From: Candidatus Moraniibacteriota bacterium
GTDB taxonomy: Bacteria > Patescibacteriota > Minisyncoccia > Moranbacterales > UBA1568
Direction of reading: 5' to 3'
DNA: 64,000 nt
Assembly (NCBI GenBank): GCA_016699385.1
Contig: CP064974.1
Span: 806,791 to 870,790, forward strand
The position numbers were made by a program, and so were the translations under genes. The notes beneath the pieces were generated by a model, which saw only the letters and a program-made list of their open reading frames with translations, did not search any database and was not told where the DNA came from. Shown here in pieces: positions 1 through 11,794 of this stretch. Position 1 is the stretch's first letter. Every line of letters begins with the position of its first letter.

Positions 1-197
1 CATGGATTTCAAGGGGGCAGTATAATGGCATCAACACAAAGCTAGCAAGATTTGCAAAACAACTTCATTATCGGAAGTAGAACTGGTTATCATGCATCCA
101 ATAAAGATTTTCTGTCAAACAAACAGCTTTGAGAGAATACTGAGGAAGAGAGTATTCCCATAAATACACCCATTCACCCCTATCAAAGTTTTATTGA

Positions 198-860
198 TTG
201 AAAGATGCTTCTTCTATGATTATCCATAACAAGCGCGTTATCATTTTTGATTTTGATGGAACACTGGTCGACACGGCAAAAATACTCTTTCGCGTATTTA
301 ACAACCTCGCGAAGCGTTATCAATACCAACCAATTTCCATAGAAGAAACTCTTCGATTAAAAAACAAGGATATTAAAGATCTCATACACTCGCATGCAAA
401 AATCCCTTTTTGGAAACTTTGGGCATTTACACGTCAAGTGAAAAATCAGTATCGTTCCTACGCCGATACAATAGAGCTCTTTCCTGATATAAAGAGTATG
501 ATTCATTCTTTGCAAAAAAGAGGCTACACAATTGGCATTGTTTCTTCCAACGCGACAGATACCATATCGACACTCCTCAAAAAGTTCGACATTTCTGTCG
601 AGTTCATTTCCACTAGCTCTATATTCGGAAAAGCAAAAACACTAAATGCAATATCATCCAAACGACACCTCGATAGAGCAGAAGTGATCTATATCGGGGA
701 CGAGATACGTGACGTAGAAGCCTGTCAAAAGGGCAACATCGATATGCTTGCCGTCACCTGGGGATTCAGCAGCAAGGACGCTCTCCAGAAAACCACCACA
801 CCAACCATTGACCACCCTCTCGAGATTCTCGAAATATTCCAAGGTGTCACCAAAGTGTAA
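198..860 (+). CDS. HAD-superfamily hydrolase (HAD-IA, phosphoglycolate phosphatase-like)
   Basis: 220-aa ORF. N-terminal DxDGT motif (IIFDFDGTLVD), a conserved S/T (GIVSS) and a C-terminal GDEIRD motif typical of HAD-IA. Start is TTG at 198; an alternative ATG lies at 216. Confidence 0.8.
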   Translation: MKDASSMIIHNKRVIIFDFDGTLVDTAKILFRVFNNLAKRYQYQPISIEETLRLKNKDIKDLIHSHAKIPFWKLWAFTRQVKNQYRSYADTIELFPDIKSMIHSLQKRGYTIGIVSSNATDTISTLLKKFDISVEFISTSSIFGKAKTLNAISSKRHLDRAEVIYIGDEIRDVEACQKGNIDMLAVTWGFSSKDALQKTTTPTIDHPLEILEIFQGVTKV

Positions 861-863
861 CCA

Positions 864-2117
864 CTATTCTTTCGAATTCCCTGCCGCGGCGCCTCCGGCG
901 ACGAAGCCGGTGGTCCAGCAGAGTTGGAGGCTATAACCGCCGGAGGGGCGATCGATATTGAGAATATCTCCGACAAGATGAAGATTTGGGTACAGTCGCG
1001 AGCGCATGGTTTTGAAATCCACTTCTTCGAGCGCGACGCCGCCACTTGTCACAACTGCTTTGTCTTCGCCGAGAAGACCATTCGCAATCAGACGAAGGTC
1101 TTTCACGATACGAACCAGAGCAAGTCGAGACACGCGACTCACACTGTGTACCGGCATCTCAGGAGATATCGCGGCAAGTCGCAATATAACTGGAATGAGA
1201 AGTGGTGCCAGAAACCCATCCAAGCTATTCTTCACTTGTTTATTCTTTTGATTCTCAAAAAGATCCTGAATACACCGATCGATTTCGTCGAAATTGCTGT
1301 GCGGGAAAAGATCCATCGAAAGCACCACCTCGCCGCGACGCAAACATTTGCCCACAGTCTGACTTATGTTGAGCGCGAGGGGACCGCTCACGCCGAAATG
1401 CGTAAAAAGAAGCTTTCCCTCTTGCGTCTCGATTTTTTTTCCATTCAAAAAAACGGTCGCCTTTACTCCTTCAAGACTCACTCCCGAAAGCGAGCGAACC
1501 CACGGATCGCCGAGGCGTATCGGAACCAAAGCGGAACAAGGCTCGACAATCGTATGTCCAATCTCGCGCAAAAATCGAAATCCATCGCCAGTCGACCCGG
1601 TCTCCGGATGCGACTTCCCTCCAGTTGCGAGCACATATGACTTCGCACGAAGCATACGACCGCTTCTCAATTGCACACCGGATATTTCCCCTTCGGTTAT
1701 TTCGAAGCCAACCACTTCTGCATCAGACATCACGAAGACACCGCCCGAGCGCATGTAGGAAACTAGCACATCCCACACCGATTGTGCACTATCACTCACT
1801 GGGAAAACGCGATTTTCTGCCTCCATTTTCGTTGGCATGCCGTGAGAATGGAAAAATTCCAGCGTACCCTGCACATCCAATTGCGAGAATGGAGAAAAAA
1901 GAAATTTCGCTGCATCTTTGAATTTCGCAAGAAACACATTCGTATCAAATTCCGCATTGGTCACATTACATCGTCCGCCACCTGTTATGAGAAGTTTCTT
2001 CCCAAGAGAAGTGTTTTTCTCAAGAAGAATAACGCGCGCACCACACTCTGCCGCGCGCCCCGCCGCCATCATCCCCGCAGGTCCTCCGCCAATTACGACA
2101 ACATCGTATGTGTACAT
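864..2117 (-). CDS. NAD(P)/FAD-dependent oxidoreductase, HI0933/BaiN (aminoacetone oxidase) family
   Basis: 417-aa ORF. N-terminal dinucleotide-binding motif VVVIGGGPAGMMAAGRAA. Length and C-terminal conservation match the HI0933-like flavoproteins. Confidence 0.85.
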   Translation of the reverse strand: MYTYDVVVIGGGPAGMMAAGRAAECGARVILLEKNTSLGKKLLITGGGRCNVTNAEFDTNVFLAKFKDAAKFLFSPFSQLDVQGTLEFFHSHGMPTKMEAENRVFPVSDSAQSVWDVLVSYMRSGGVFVMSDAEVVGFEITEGEISGVQLRSGRMLRAKSYVLATGGKSHPETGSTGDGFRFLREIGHTIVEPCSALVPIRLGDPWVRSLSGVSLEGVKATVFLNGKKIETQEGKLLFTHFGVSGPLALNISQTVGKCLRRGEVVLSMDLFPHSNFDEIDRCIQDLFENQKNKQVKNSLDGFLAPLLIPVILRLAAISPEMPVHSVSRVSRLALVRIVKDLRLIANGLLGEDKAVVTSGGVALEEVDFKTMRSRLYPNLHLVGDILNIDRPSGGYSLQLCWTTGFVAGGAAAGNSKE

Positions 2118-2317
2118 TTCAAGTCCTTCAGCATATTAGTGTATCATAATACCGTAAAAAAGAGTAAAAGTCAATAAAGAAACTTGTGGATTCTCGTGAA
2201 TACGAGATATCTACCAAATTAGAGCTCCCCATTTTTTCCAAAAAAAGAATTCCCTATTCCTTGCCAATAAGCAATCCCTCCCGTATACTCCCAACGAAAT
2301 TTCACTCTTCCTTTTCT

Positions 2318-3429
2318 ATGAACGATGATATATTTCTCCACTGCCTCGGAAAAATCCCCGGAGTCGGCGCCGAAAAACTCCGCAAGATAGCCATCGCTTT
2401 CGACACATTTGAAACAGCATGGCATGCGCCACTCGAAGAATTTCTCAGTGCCGGAATTCCACACAAACTCGCAGAAACAATTGCAAAAGAGCGAAAGCAT
2501 CTTTCCCCAGAGAAAGAATCCGAGATACTCGAAAAACACTCTATCCGTCTCATCTCCAGAGAAAGCGATGATTATCCGACACTTCTCGCAGAAATCCCAA
2601 ACCCGCCACAACTTCTCTATCTTCGAGGGAATGCACTTCTCAATAGGCACCCGTTTCTCACCGTCGTTGGCACAAGGAAACCGACCGAATACGGAGCGGG
2701 CATTGCCAGAGAATTTGCGAGCGAACTTGCGAGAAGCGGCATAACCGTTGTCTCCGGCATGGCACTCGGCATCGACAAGGCAGCACATCAAGGCGCACTC
2801 GAAGGTAATGGCGAAACCATCGCCGTACTCGGCAACGGACTCGATGACGCTTCAATTGCGCCGCGGACCCACCTCGATTTGGCACACACCATCAGTCTTC
2901 ATGGCGCACTTCTCTCGGACTATCCACCAGGAACCAGCGCCTCCGAAGGAACCTTCCCCGCAAGGAATCGTATCATGGCCGGCATGTCCCTTGGCACAGT
3001 GGTTATTGAAGCATCGGAAAAAGTGGCACGCTGATTACTGCCAATCTTGCACTCGATTTCAATCGAGAAGTTTTTGCAGTGCCAGGTTCAATCTACTCCG
3101 AAAATTCCCGCGGTCCCCACGCGCTCATCAAAAAGGGCGCCATCCTCACCGCAAGTCTTGCTGACATTCTCGATGCGCTCCCCCTCTCGCGCGAACACGA
3201 AGAACACGGAACACTCTTTGAAACAACCTCTCTCCCGCAACCAAATCTTTCCGTCGACGAAGAACGCCTTCTCAAAATCTTAGGAAGTGATACCATGCAC
3301 ATTGACGCTATCGTAAAACACTCTACACTGGAGACATCGAATGCACTTTCTGCGCTCGCCTTTCTCGAAATGAAAGGTTTAGTAAAAAATATCGGCAACA
3401 TGCATTATATAAGAACGTATCGAGTATAA
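2318..3429 (+). pseudogene. dprA: DNA-processing protein DprA/Smf, interrupted by a -1 frameshift in an A5 run (3018-3022); pseudogene or sequencing error
   Basis: ORF 2186..3034 encodes the DprA Rossmann core (VVGTRKPTEYG...VVSGMALGIDKAAHQGAL) and stops at TGA 3032-3034. Reading from 3022 in the -1 frame continues without a stop as SGTLITANLALDFNREVFAVPGSIYSENSRG...LIKKGA (ORF 3079..3429), which is the canonical DprA continuation. An A6 rather than A5 run would restore a single ~370-aa protein. Start set at MNDDIFLHCLGKIPGVG (2318); the upstream in-frame ATG at 2186 is possible. Confidence 0.7.
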
Positions 3430-3463
3430 GTTCGGGATTTACCCTTTGAGATTCTTCGTTTCT

Positions 3464-5638
3464 ATGAAACTTGTCATTGTTGAGTCGCCATCGAAGGCAA
3501 AAACTATTCAGAAGTATCTCGGGAAGGAATACAAGGTCGTCGCCTCCGTGGGACATATTCGCGATTTGCCAAAGAGCAACAAGAAAGCGATTGATATCAA
3601 AGAAGGATTTACACCTCACTACGAGGTGACGCCCGGAAAAGAAAATATCGTTTCAACCCTCACTCGCCTCACCAAGAAAGCGAGTGAGATTTACCTTGCA
3701 ACTGACCCCGACCGCGAAGGCGAAGCAATCGCCTGGCATATCGCCGAAGCATGCGGACTCAAGCGCCCGAAGCGTGTCGCCTTCCATGAAATCACACGAA
3801 ATGCCGTCACCGAGGGAATACAGCACCCGCGACTCATTGACCAAAATCTTCGTCGCGCCCAAGAAGCACGACGCGTCCTCGACCGCCTCGTCGGCTATGA
3901 TCTCTCAGGACTCATCTGGAAGAAACTCCGCTACGGACTCTCTGCCGGGCGAGTCCAATCACCCGCGCTTCGCATATTGGTCGAGAAGGAGCGAGAAATC
4001 GCCGCCTTTATCCCCGAAGATTTCTGGGTTATTACTGCGCATGCCGATTGCCCGGACAAGACACCAATTACACTCACCTGTTCCAAAGAACCGCGCGAAG
4101 AACAAGAAGTCGAAGACATCCTCAAAAAAGCGCGTGCCGGATCATGGTCTATTCTCGACGTCAAAGAATCCGAAGTGTCCCGTGCGCCATCCCCGCCCTT
4201 TACCACCTCGACGCTCCAGCAATCAGCAAGCTCCCGCCTCAGCTTCTCCCCCGCCAACACCATGCGCATCGCACAGAAACTCTACGAAGCGGGGCTCATC
4301 ACCTACATGCGCACCGATAGCTTCAATATGAGTGAAGAAGCAAGAAACGCGGCGACCACCTACATCATCAAAAAATTCGGCGAGAAATTTTCTGCACCGC
4401 ACATATACACTACTAAGAGCAAAAACGCCCAAGAGGCGCATGAGGCCATCCGCCCCACTGATCCGTCGCGCGAAAAAGCCGGCGCAAGCCCTGACCAGCA
4501 GAAACTCTACACACTCATATTCCGGCGAACAATTGCATCACAAATGGCAAACGCTCGCATGCTCCGCACCAAAATTGTTGCGAACATTGCCGACCGCTCC
4601 ATCCCTGATTTCACAGCCAATGGCTCACGGCTCCTTTTCCCAGGTTGGCTCGAGGTCGACCCCTTTGCAAAGCAAGACGACATGAATGTCCCAAAGCTCT
4701 CCCCCGGAAGTGCTCTTATTCTCAATAGCGTTGATTCCGAAAAGAAACAAACCGAGCCACCGCGCCGCTATTCCGAAGCCGGACTCGTCAAAGAACTCGA
4801 GAAGCGCGGTATCGGGAGACCGAGCACCTATGCTTCTATTATCAAAACGCTCCTCGACCGAAATTACGCCACCAAAGACGGTCGCGCGCTCCATGCCACC
4901 GAGACAGGCGAAGCGGTCAGCGCTTTCCTCGAAAAACATTTTGCCGAAATTGTGAGCGATACTTTCACAGCCGATATGGAACAAAAACTCGACGACATCT
5001 CAAACGGCGAGCGCGACTATGAGAAAACACTCAAGAATTTCTATACGCCCTTTTCCAAAGAAGTAAAATCGAAAGACAAAGTGGATAAAATTACCAATCT
5101 CGGCGACGCACCCAAAGACCTCCTCTGCCCCGAATGCAAAAGTGCCATGGTTTTGAAGCTCGGAAAAAACGGGACTTTCTACAGTTGTGCGCGCTTCCCA
5201 GATTGCAAAGGTGCTCGCATGAAAGATGGGTCACTCATCCCAGAAGACAAAGAGGTTGGCGAGCCCTGCCCCGAATGTGGCAATGCACTCGTCGAAAAAA
5301 TGGGGAAATTCGGTCCCTTTGTTGCCTGTAGTACCTATCCGAAATGCAAATTCATCAAAGGTTCCTCTGCACAAACAACCAGTATTGCCTGTCCCATTTG
5401 TAAAAAAGGCGAAATGGTCGAGAAGCGCGGACGCTTCGGCACATTCTATAGTTGCTCCAACTACCCCGATTGCAAACACGCTATCAAGGCGCGACCGACC
5501 GGCAAACATTGTTCATTCATCCGCGATGGCAAACCCTGCGGCGCCCTCATGATGGAAGGAACCAAAACCATCCCCGAACGCTGCTCCGACCGCACCTGCC
5601 CCAATCACAATCCACACCTTCTCGAAAAGAAAAAATAG
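3464..5638 (+). CDS. topA: DNA topoisomerase I (type IA) with C-terminal zinc-ribbon repeats
   Basis: N-terminus MKLVIVESPSKAKTIQKYLG...VGHIRDLP (TOPRIM). Catalytic-Tyr region TYMRTDS. Four C-terminal C4 zinc ribbons (CPECKS...C..C). The ORF opens at 3446 (MRFFVSMKLV), but the conserved start is ATG 3464. Confidence 0.95.
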   Translation: MKLVIVESPSKAKTIQKYLGKEYKVVASVGHIRDLPKSNKKAIDIKEGFTPHYEVTPGKENIVSTLTRLTKKASEIYLATDPDREGEAIAWHIAEACGLKRPKRVAFHEITRNAVTEGIQHPRLIDQNLRRAQEARRVLDRLVGYDLSGLIWKKLRYGLSAGRVQSPALRILVEKEREIAAFIPEDFWVITAHADCPDKTPITLTCSKEPREEQEVEDILKKARAGSWSILDVKESEVSRAPSPPFTTSTLQQSASSRLSFSPANTMRIAQKLYEAGLITYMRTDSFNMSEEARNAATTYIIKKFGEKFSAPHIYTTKSKNAQEAHEAIRPTDPSREKAGASPDQQKLYTLIFRRTIASQMANARMLRTKIVANIADRSIPDFTANGSRLLFPGWLEVDPFAKQDDMNVPKLSPGSALILNSVDSEKKQTEPPRRYSEAGLVKELEKRGIGRPSTYASIIKTLLDRNYATKDGRALHATETGEAVSAFLEKHFAEIVSDTFTADMEQKLDDISNGERDYEKTLKNFYTPFSKEVKSKDKVDKITNLGDAPKDLLCPECKSAMVLKLGKNGTFYSCARFPDCKGARMKDGSLIPEDKEVGEPCPECGNALVEKMGKFGPFVACSTYPKCKFIKGSSAQTTSIACPICKKGEMVEKRGRFGTFYSCSNYPDCKHAIKARPTGKHCSFIRDGKPCGALMMEGTKTIPERCSDRTCPNHNPHLLEKKK

Positions 5639-5642
5639 CATT

Positions 5643-6665
5643 CTATTGCGCAATACTCGTCTTTCCATCTAAAGAGAGCTTGAGCGGAATTTCTTGAAAC
5701 GAAATCGTATTGTCCGGAGCAATCAAAGCCTCAACCATAAGACCATGAGTCGTCTCTGAACTGAAATACTGGTCGAAAACAAAGTTGCCAAGAGAATAAT
5801 ATATCGCCTTTCCACGATAGAGTTCGTGTTCCTGAACAACATGTGGGTGCGAACCAATCACCGCATCGACACCGCGATCGATAAAGAGATGAGCAAGGCG
5901 CTTCTCCTCAGATGTTGCCGGCGCATATTCAACTCCCCAATGCGTGTAAACAAAAAGCACATCAACACTCGAGCGAAGACGCTCAATATCAGTGAGAGCA
6001 CGATGCTCAGCATCAGAGGAAAATTGATTGTAATTCACGAAACCCACTTTCTTTCCCCTAATATCGGCAACGTAGGTGCGGAGTGTTTCATCAAGCGGAT
6101 CGCCAAAGAATTTCACACCAGCATCTCGGAGAAACCGCCGCGTCTCGACAAGTCCCGATTCGCCAAAATTGAGGATATGATTATTTCCGATATTCACGAT
6201 ACGAATATTTGCATCAAAAAGTGTCTTTGCCCACAGGGGATCAAAGGTAAAGATATAGTTCCTTGATTCACCCAGAGCCGACCCGACACTCTTGGATGCA
6301 TTCAATGTAATCGGACCCTCAAGATTTGCCACTACTCCATCTCCCGCCAAAAGCTTTGAGCGAACACCTGCAAAAATAGACTCTTTGCCAAATTTTTCTG
6401 ACTGCGTCCGAATATATCGGTCAAACATGATATCGCCCGCAAAAAGAATTGTGGGTGGAGATTGAGCTGTTCCATCTGTATCCCTCTTCGTCTCAGTTTC
6501 CGCAGCTAGAGGCAAAGGGGGCGTTTTCTCGACAAGCTGCTGCGCCGGCGACATTCTTGACCAAAAAAATCCGAGCAGTCCAGCAAAAACAAATATCACA
6601 ACAATACCATTCACAAAAAGAATCCGCTTTCTCATAGAGAGTTCTCCCAAATAAAGCCATCTCAT
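5643..6665 (-). CDS. CapA/PGA_cap family membrane-anchored metallophosphoesterase (poly-gamma-glutamate capsule biosynthesis-like)
   Basis: 340-aa ORF with an N-terminal TM helix. Metallophosphatase motifs (ILFAGDIMFDR; GNNH; VYTHWGVEY; GSHPHVVQ) are characteristic of CapA. Confidence 0.75.
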   Translation of the reverse strand: MRWLYLGELSMRKRILFVNGIVVIFVFAGLLGFFWSRMSPAQQLVEKTPPLPLAAETETKRDTDGTAQSPPTILFAGDIMFDRYIRTQSEKFGKESIFAGVRSKLLAGDGVVANLEGPITLNASKSVGSALGESRNYIFTFDPLWAKTLFDANIRIVNIGNNHILNFGESGLVETRRFLRDAGVKFFGDPLDETLRTYVADIRGKKVGFVNYNQFSSDAEHRALTDIERLRSSVDVLFVYTHWGVEYAPATSEEKRLAHLFIDRGVDAVIGSHPHVVQEHELYRGKAIYYSLGNFVFDQYFSSETTHGLMVEALIAPDNTISFQEIPLKLSLDGKTSIAQ

Positions 6666-6892
6666 TAATCTATCATTCCCTCGACATGAGTCAATGCCGC
6701 ACTAGAGCCTATCTTAAAAAGAGCTTTCGACGTTTTTTAGGAAATTTTGAATGATTTCCCGTCAAAATTTACAAAAAGTAAGGCAAAGACTATTTTTGAG
6801 ATAGACTCTAATCACCGTCTCCAGATATACACCCTGCACATTTTCGTGTTTATAGTCTATACTAAAAGTATACGTATGTTCTCAAAGAACCT

Positions 6893-7345
6893 ATGAAGTT
6901 TGTTCATCTATCAGCTTACTGCCAGAATTGCGGAGAGAATATCTCTACTGAAATTGCGTTTTGCCGAAGTTGTGGCACCGCCCTCTCTGAAAGCCAAGTG
7001 AAAGCAAATATTGAACACTCTCGTACAAGTCAGAAATCCTCAGACATCCACACAAGAAGTATTCCTATAGCACGAAAAATTGCTGGCACCGTTATCATCG
7101 GTCTTCTAGAAGTACTCCTCGTCATGATGATATTCATAGCTTCACTTATCATAAGTATGAATTTCTTTCCAGACATGACAAATGGACAAACAGGGAGAAT
7201 ATCGACATATCTCATTGTCATGGCAACCACATTTGCCGCCGGACTCACAATAGGACTATATATCTCAAAAAAATTCCACGAAAAATACCCAAACGGTATA
7301 CACATCCTCAATCCAACAATCAATATTCAGAAAAAGATATCCTGA
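6893..7345 (+). CDS. hypothetical zinc-ribbon membrane protein
   Basis: 150 aa. N-terminal CxxC-x16-CxxC (CQNCGENISTEIAFCRSCG) followed by two hydrophobic helices. Followed by a hairpin terminator. Confidence 0.5.
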   Translation: MKFVHLSAYCQNCGENISTEIAFCRSCGTALSESQVKANIEHSRTSQKSSDIHTRSIPIARKIAGTVIIGLLEVLLVMMIFIASLIISMNFFPDMTNGQTGRISTYLIVMATTFAAGLTIGLYISKKFHEKYPNGIHILNPTINIQKKIS

Positions 7346-7399
7346 CACATCTGAGAAATCACAGGTATCTATAGCAACAGAGAAAGCTCCTCCCATAGA

Positions 7400-7428
7400 A
7401 CACCCGCCGTCCTAAAAGCGGGTGTTTT
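7400..7428 (+). terminator. rho-independent terminator (8-bp GC-rich stem ACACCCGC/GCGGGTGT followed by TTTT)
   Basis: Perfect 8-bp stem with a 10-nt loop and a T-run, 55 nt after the stop of 6893..7345. Confidence 0.5.
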
Positions 7429-7489
7429 AATATTGAATGAGGATGCGCCCCCATAAAATAATCCACTTCCGTCGCCAGAGGATGGTATT

Positions 7490-9016
7490 TTGTCACAAGT
7501 GGGCTATACTGGAAGAGAATACACACCTATGTCACTCGTACTCGAAGATATCTTCAAAGCCTGTAAATTTCCCCCCTCAAGCGAGGGACGTCGGTTCATA
7601 ACGTCCGCATTTGCCCTCGCAGACGAAGCGCATCGCGGACAAAAGCGAAAGTCCGGAGAAAACTATATCGAGCATTCGCTTGCTGTCGGAAAAATTCTCG
7701 CAGAGATTGGCATGGAATCCCGAACCATCGCCGCCGGACTCTTGCACGATGTTCCCGAAGACACCACCGTTTCGCTCGAAACCATACGCACCCAGTTTGG
7801 AAATGAAGTCGCTATACTCGTTGATGGCGTCACCAAGCTCGGAAAAATTCGCCTCCGCGGATCACGCGAGGAATACTATCTTGAGAACCTCCGAAAAATG
7901 TTCCTCGCCATGGCAGAAGACATCCGCGTCGTCATCGTAAAGCTCGCCGATCGCCTCCACAATATGCGGACACTCGACTATCTCCCTCCCGAAAAGCAAC
8001 TCCGCATTGCACGCGAAACCATGGAAATATACGCCCCCATCGCGAACCGACTCGGCATCGGCGAAGTCAAAGGTGAACTCGAAGATCTTGCTTTCAAATA
8101 CCTTGATCCAGAAGCACACGAGAAAACACTCTCTATCGTCAAGGAATATATGCGTGAAAGCGATTCCTATCTCGATCGATGTGTCACTGGCATTCGCGAA
8201 AGCCTCACCAAAGATGGCGTTCGTATCGTACACATAGAAGGACGATCCAAACGACTCTACCGCCTCTATCAGAAGCTCCGCCGCCACGATATGGATATCA
8301 AACGTGTCTACGATTTAGTCGCAATTCGCATCATCGTTCCCGGCGTTTCCGACTGCTACGAAGCATTTGGTGCCGTCCACAAAAGCTATCGCCCCATGGT
8401 TGGGCGTATCAAAGACTACATCTCCCTCCCAAAGCCAAACAACTACCAATCTCTTCACACAACTGTCTTCGGACCCGAAGGACGTATCATTGAAATCCAA
8501 ATTCGCACACAGAAAATGCACGACGAAGCCGAACTTGGCATCGCCGCCCACTGGGCATACGCCGAGAAAGAACGGAGCACTAGCTGGCGCAAACTCTTCT
8601 TTCGCCGACACGAAACCGCGCCACCCAAAGAGCTCGCATGGGTCAAGCAACTTCAAGAATGGCAAAAAGAAATCGGTCAGGACAACCGAGAATTTCTCGA
8701 GGGTATCAAAATAGACTTTTTCAAAAACCACATCTTCGCTTTCACTCCAAATGGCGATATCATTGAACTTCCCGAAGAAGCGACGCCCGTCGATTTCGCC
8801 TATGCTATACACAGCGAAATCGGCAACAGCATGACCAGTGCCAAAGTCGACGGAAAAATAGCCCCCCTCGATCATCACATCAAAAACGGCGAGGTCGTTG
8901 AAATTATCACCGACAAAGGTCGCAAGAAACCCAATCAAGACTGGCTCCGCTTCGTCAAAACCTCCATCGCCAAAGCCCACATCCAAAAACAACTTCGCAA
9001 AGAAGGCGGGCTCTAG
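7490..9016 (+). CDS. rel: bifunctional (p)ppGpp synthetase/hydrolase, Rel/SpoT homolog (HD + synthetase + TGS, no ACT domain)
   Basis: HD hydrolase motif (HSLAVGKILAEIGMESRTIAAGLLHDVPEDT). Synthetase domain (RSKRLYRLYQKL...DLVAIRIIV...YQSLHTTV). TGS (GDIIELPEEATPVDFAYAIHSEIG). At 508 aa it is shorter than typical 700+ aa Rel proteins. An alternative start is at 7529 (MSLVLEDIF). Confidence 0.9.
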   Translation: MSQVGYTGREYTPMSLVLEDIFKACKFPPSSEGRRFITSAFALADEAHRGQKRKSGENYIEHSLAVGKILAEIGMESRTIAAGLLHDVPEDTTVSLETIRTQFGNEVAILVDGVTKLGKIRLRGSREEYYLENLRKMFLAMAEDIRVVIVKLADRLHNMRTLDYLPPEKQLRIARETMEIYAPIANRLGIGEVKGELEDLAFKYLDPEAHEKTLSIVKEYMRESDSYLDRCVTGIRESLTKDGVRIVHIEGRSKRLYRLYQKLRRHDMDIKRVYDLVAIRIIVPGVSDCYEAFGAVHKSYRPMVGRIKDYISLPKPNNYQSLHTTVFGPEGRIIEIQIRTQKMHDEAELGIAAHWAYAEKERSTSWRKLFFRRHETAPPKELAWVKQLQEWQKEIGQDNREFLEGIKIDFFKNHIFAFTPNGDIIELPEEATPVDFAYAIHSEIGNSMTSAKVDGKIAPLDHHIKNGEVVEIITDKGRKKPNQDWLRFVKTSIAKAHIQKQLRKEGGL

Positions 9017-9173
9017 AGAAATTCCCTATTGGGAATACGAATGACAGAAAATAAGATGAAAAACCCCGCACAAGTGTCACGCTCGTACAAGGGTTTCGAT
9101 TTCGTTCAATTCATCTCTTCCACATTTCTCCCCCTCTCGCCCCATCAAAAAAATCACACTTTCCTCGCAAAAA

Positions 9174-9207
9174 CCGCCTCGATATCTCGAGGCGGTTTTC
9201 TTTTTTC
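9174..9207. terminator. bidirectional rho-independent terminator between convergent rel and groEL
   Basis: 9-bp stem CCGCCTCGA/TCGAGGCGG with a 4-nt loop, flanked by an A-run upstream and a T-run downstream, so it works on both strands. Confidence 0.6.
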
Positions 9208-9245
9208 CAAAGGCTGACAACTGATTGCCAAAAGCCTCATGAGTC

Positions 9246-10928
<1,683 letters not shown>

Positions 10929-10955
10929 TTAGCACTCAAAGTATTCGACTGCTAA
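10929..10955 (-). promoter_or_regulatory. CIRCE element (HrcA operator) in the groEL leader
   Basis: TTAGCACTC-N9-GACTGCTAA matches the CIRCE consensus TTAGCACTC-N9-GAGTGCTAA with one mismatch. It lies immediately downstream of the -10 box. Confidence 0.8.
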
Positions 10956-10959
10956 ATGC

Positions 10960-10988
10960 ATTGTAAGAAAGCATCTCACTCCTGTCAA
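10960..10988 (-). promoter_or_regulatory. sigma70/sigmaA-type promoter of groEL (TTGACA-N17-TACAAT)
   Basis: On the minus strand, TTGACA (10988..10983), a 17-nt spacer, then TACAAT (10965..10960). CIRCE follows at the expected +1 position. Confidence 0.7.
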
Positions 10989-11067
10989 GAAGATTGTTTC
11001 TTCCGATATAAAAGAGCGAGGACATATTTCCTCGCCCAAAGCAAATCACCTCCTTTGCATACACAAC

Positions 11068-11301
11068 TCATTTGTCATATTTCCTCACGTCAACCTGTCC
11101 TGCAGGAGAACGGAGGCGCAAACTAATGAACGCATCCACTAACTCTTCTCGAGTTCTCACCAAACGCGACAAACCAGTCAAGTACGCCACAAGAAATACA
11201 GGAAATACGTACACACCAGCAGCAATGAGTCGGGAAATAACCTCGAGAGAATCCGTTGGTAAATTCAAATTCCGCACATCAGCATTTTTGTTCAAACTCA
11301 T
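11068..11301 (-). CDS. small hypothetical membrane protein
   Basis: 77-aa ORF with one hydrophobic helix (LIAAGVYVFPVFLVAYLTGL). No recognisable family. It sits where groES would normally be expected but is not GroES-like. Confidence 0.3.
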   Translation of the reverse strand: MSLNKNADVRNLNLPTDSLEVISRLIAAGVYVFPVFLVAYLTGLSRLVRTREELVDAFISLRLRSPAGQVDVRKYDK

Positions 11302-11338
11302 GTACCCTCCGACTTTTCCAAAATAACCGAAAAGAACT

Positions 11339-11521
11339 CTACACCCGAAACACCATTACGTCTCCATCTTGGACGATATATTCTTTTCCTTCAAGACGCA
11401 AGGTTTCTGCGTCACGCGCGGCGCTCCAGGATCCGGCAGTAAGGAGCGCCTCCCAATTGATGACTTCGGCGCGAATGAAAAACTCATCTTCGCATCTCAC
11501 GGAATCCTGCTCCCATTTCAA
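11339..11521 (-). pseudogene. orphan 3'-terminal fragment (~50 codons, TGS-domain end) of a ychF copy
   Basis: Encodes ...[46 protein letters not shown], near-identical to the last 48 residues of intact YchF at 12651..13700 ([46 protein letters not shown]). About 85% nucleotide identity. There is no upstream P-loop domain. Confidence 0.7.
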
Positions 11522-11794
11522 CCCTCTCCATCAACCGCCATGCATTCCCATATTTCAAAAGCCCGAGATACGACTGGACGACTTCCTTTTGATTTCCTTT
11601 CGCTTCGATAATCGAAACTATCCGGATTTGACTTCATTGATAGAAAAAGTCATGAAGATGAAGTGAGGATCTAGACAAGTCCCAAATGAAAAACCCCGCA
11701 CCTTACTCAATTACATCGCGGTAGGGTACGGGGTTAAAGAACAAAGGTACAAAGATCAAAAACTCAAAAAGTGCAAATGACCAATGCCCAAGCG

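Noticed and set aside
924-2177. Several long plus-strand ORFs (e.g. 924..1640, 1366..1758, 1782..2177) overlapping the FAD-oxidoreductase gene
   Set aside because: They lie antisense to a well-supported 417-aa gene with clear family motifs. They are low complexity (Arg/Ser-rich) with no recognisable domains, so they are typical shadow ORFs.
7636-7650. GAAAGTCCGGA motif reminiscent of the RNase P RNA P4 region
   Set aside because: It lies inside the rel coding sequence with no surrounding RNase P secondary-structure elements, so it is a coincidental match.
9029-9217. 62-aa ORF in the rel-groEL intergenic region
   Set aside because: It overlaps the bidirectional terminator hairpin and has no RBS or conservation signal, so it is likely non-coding.
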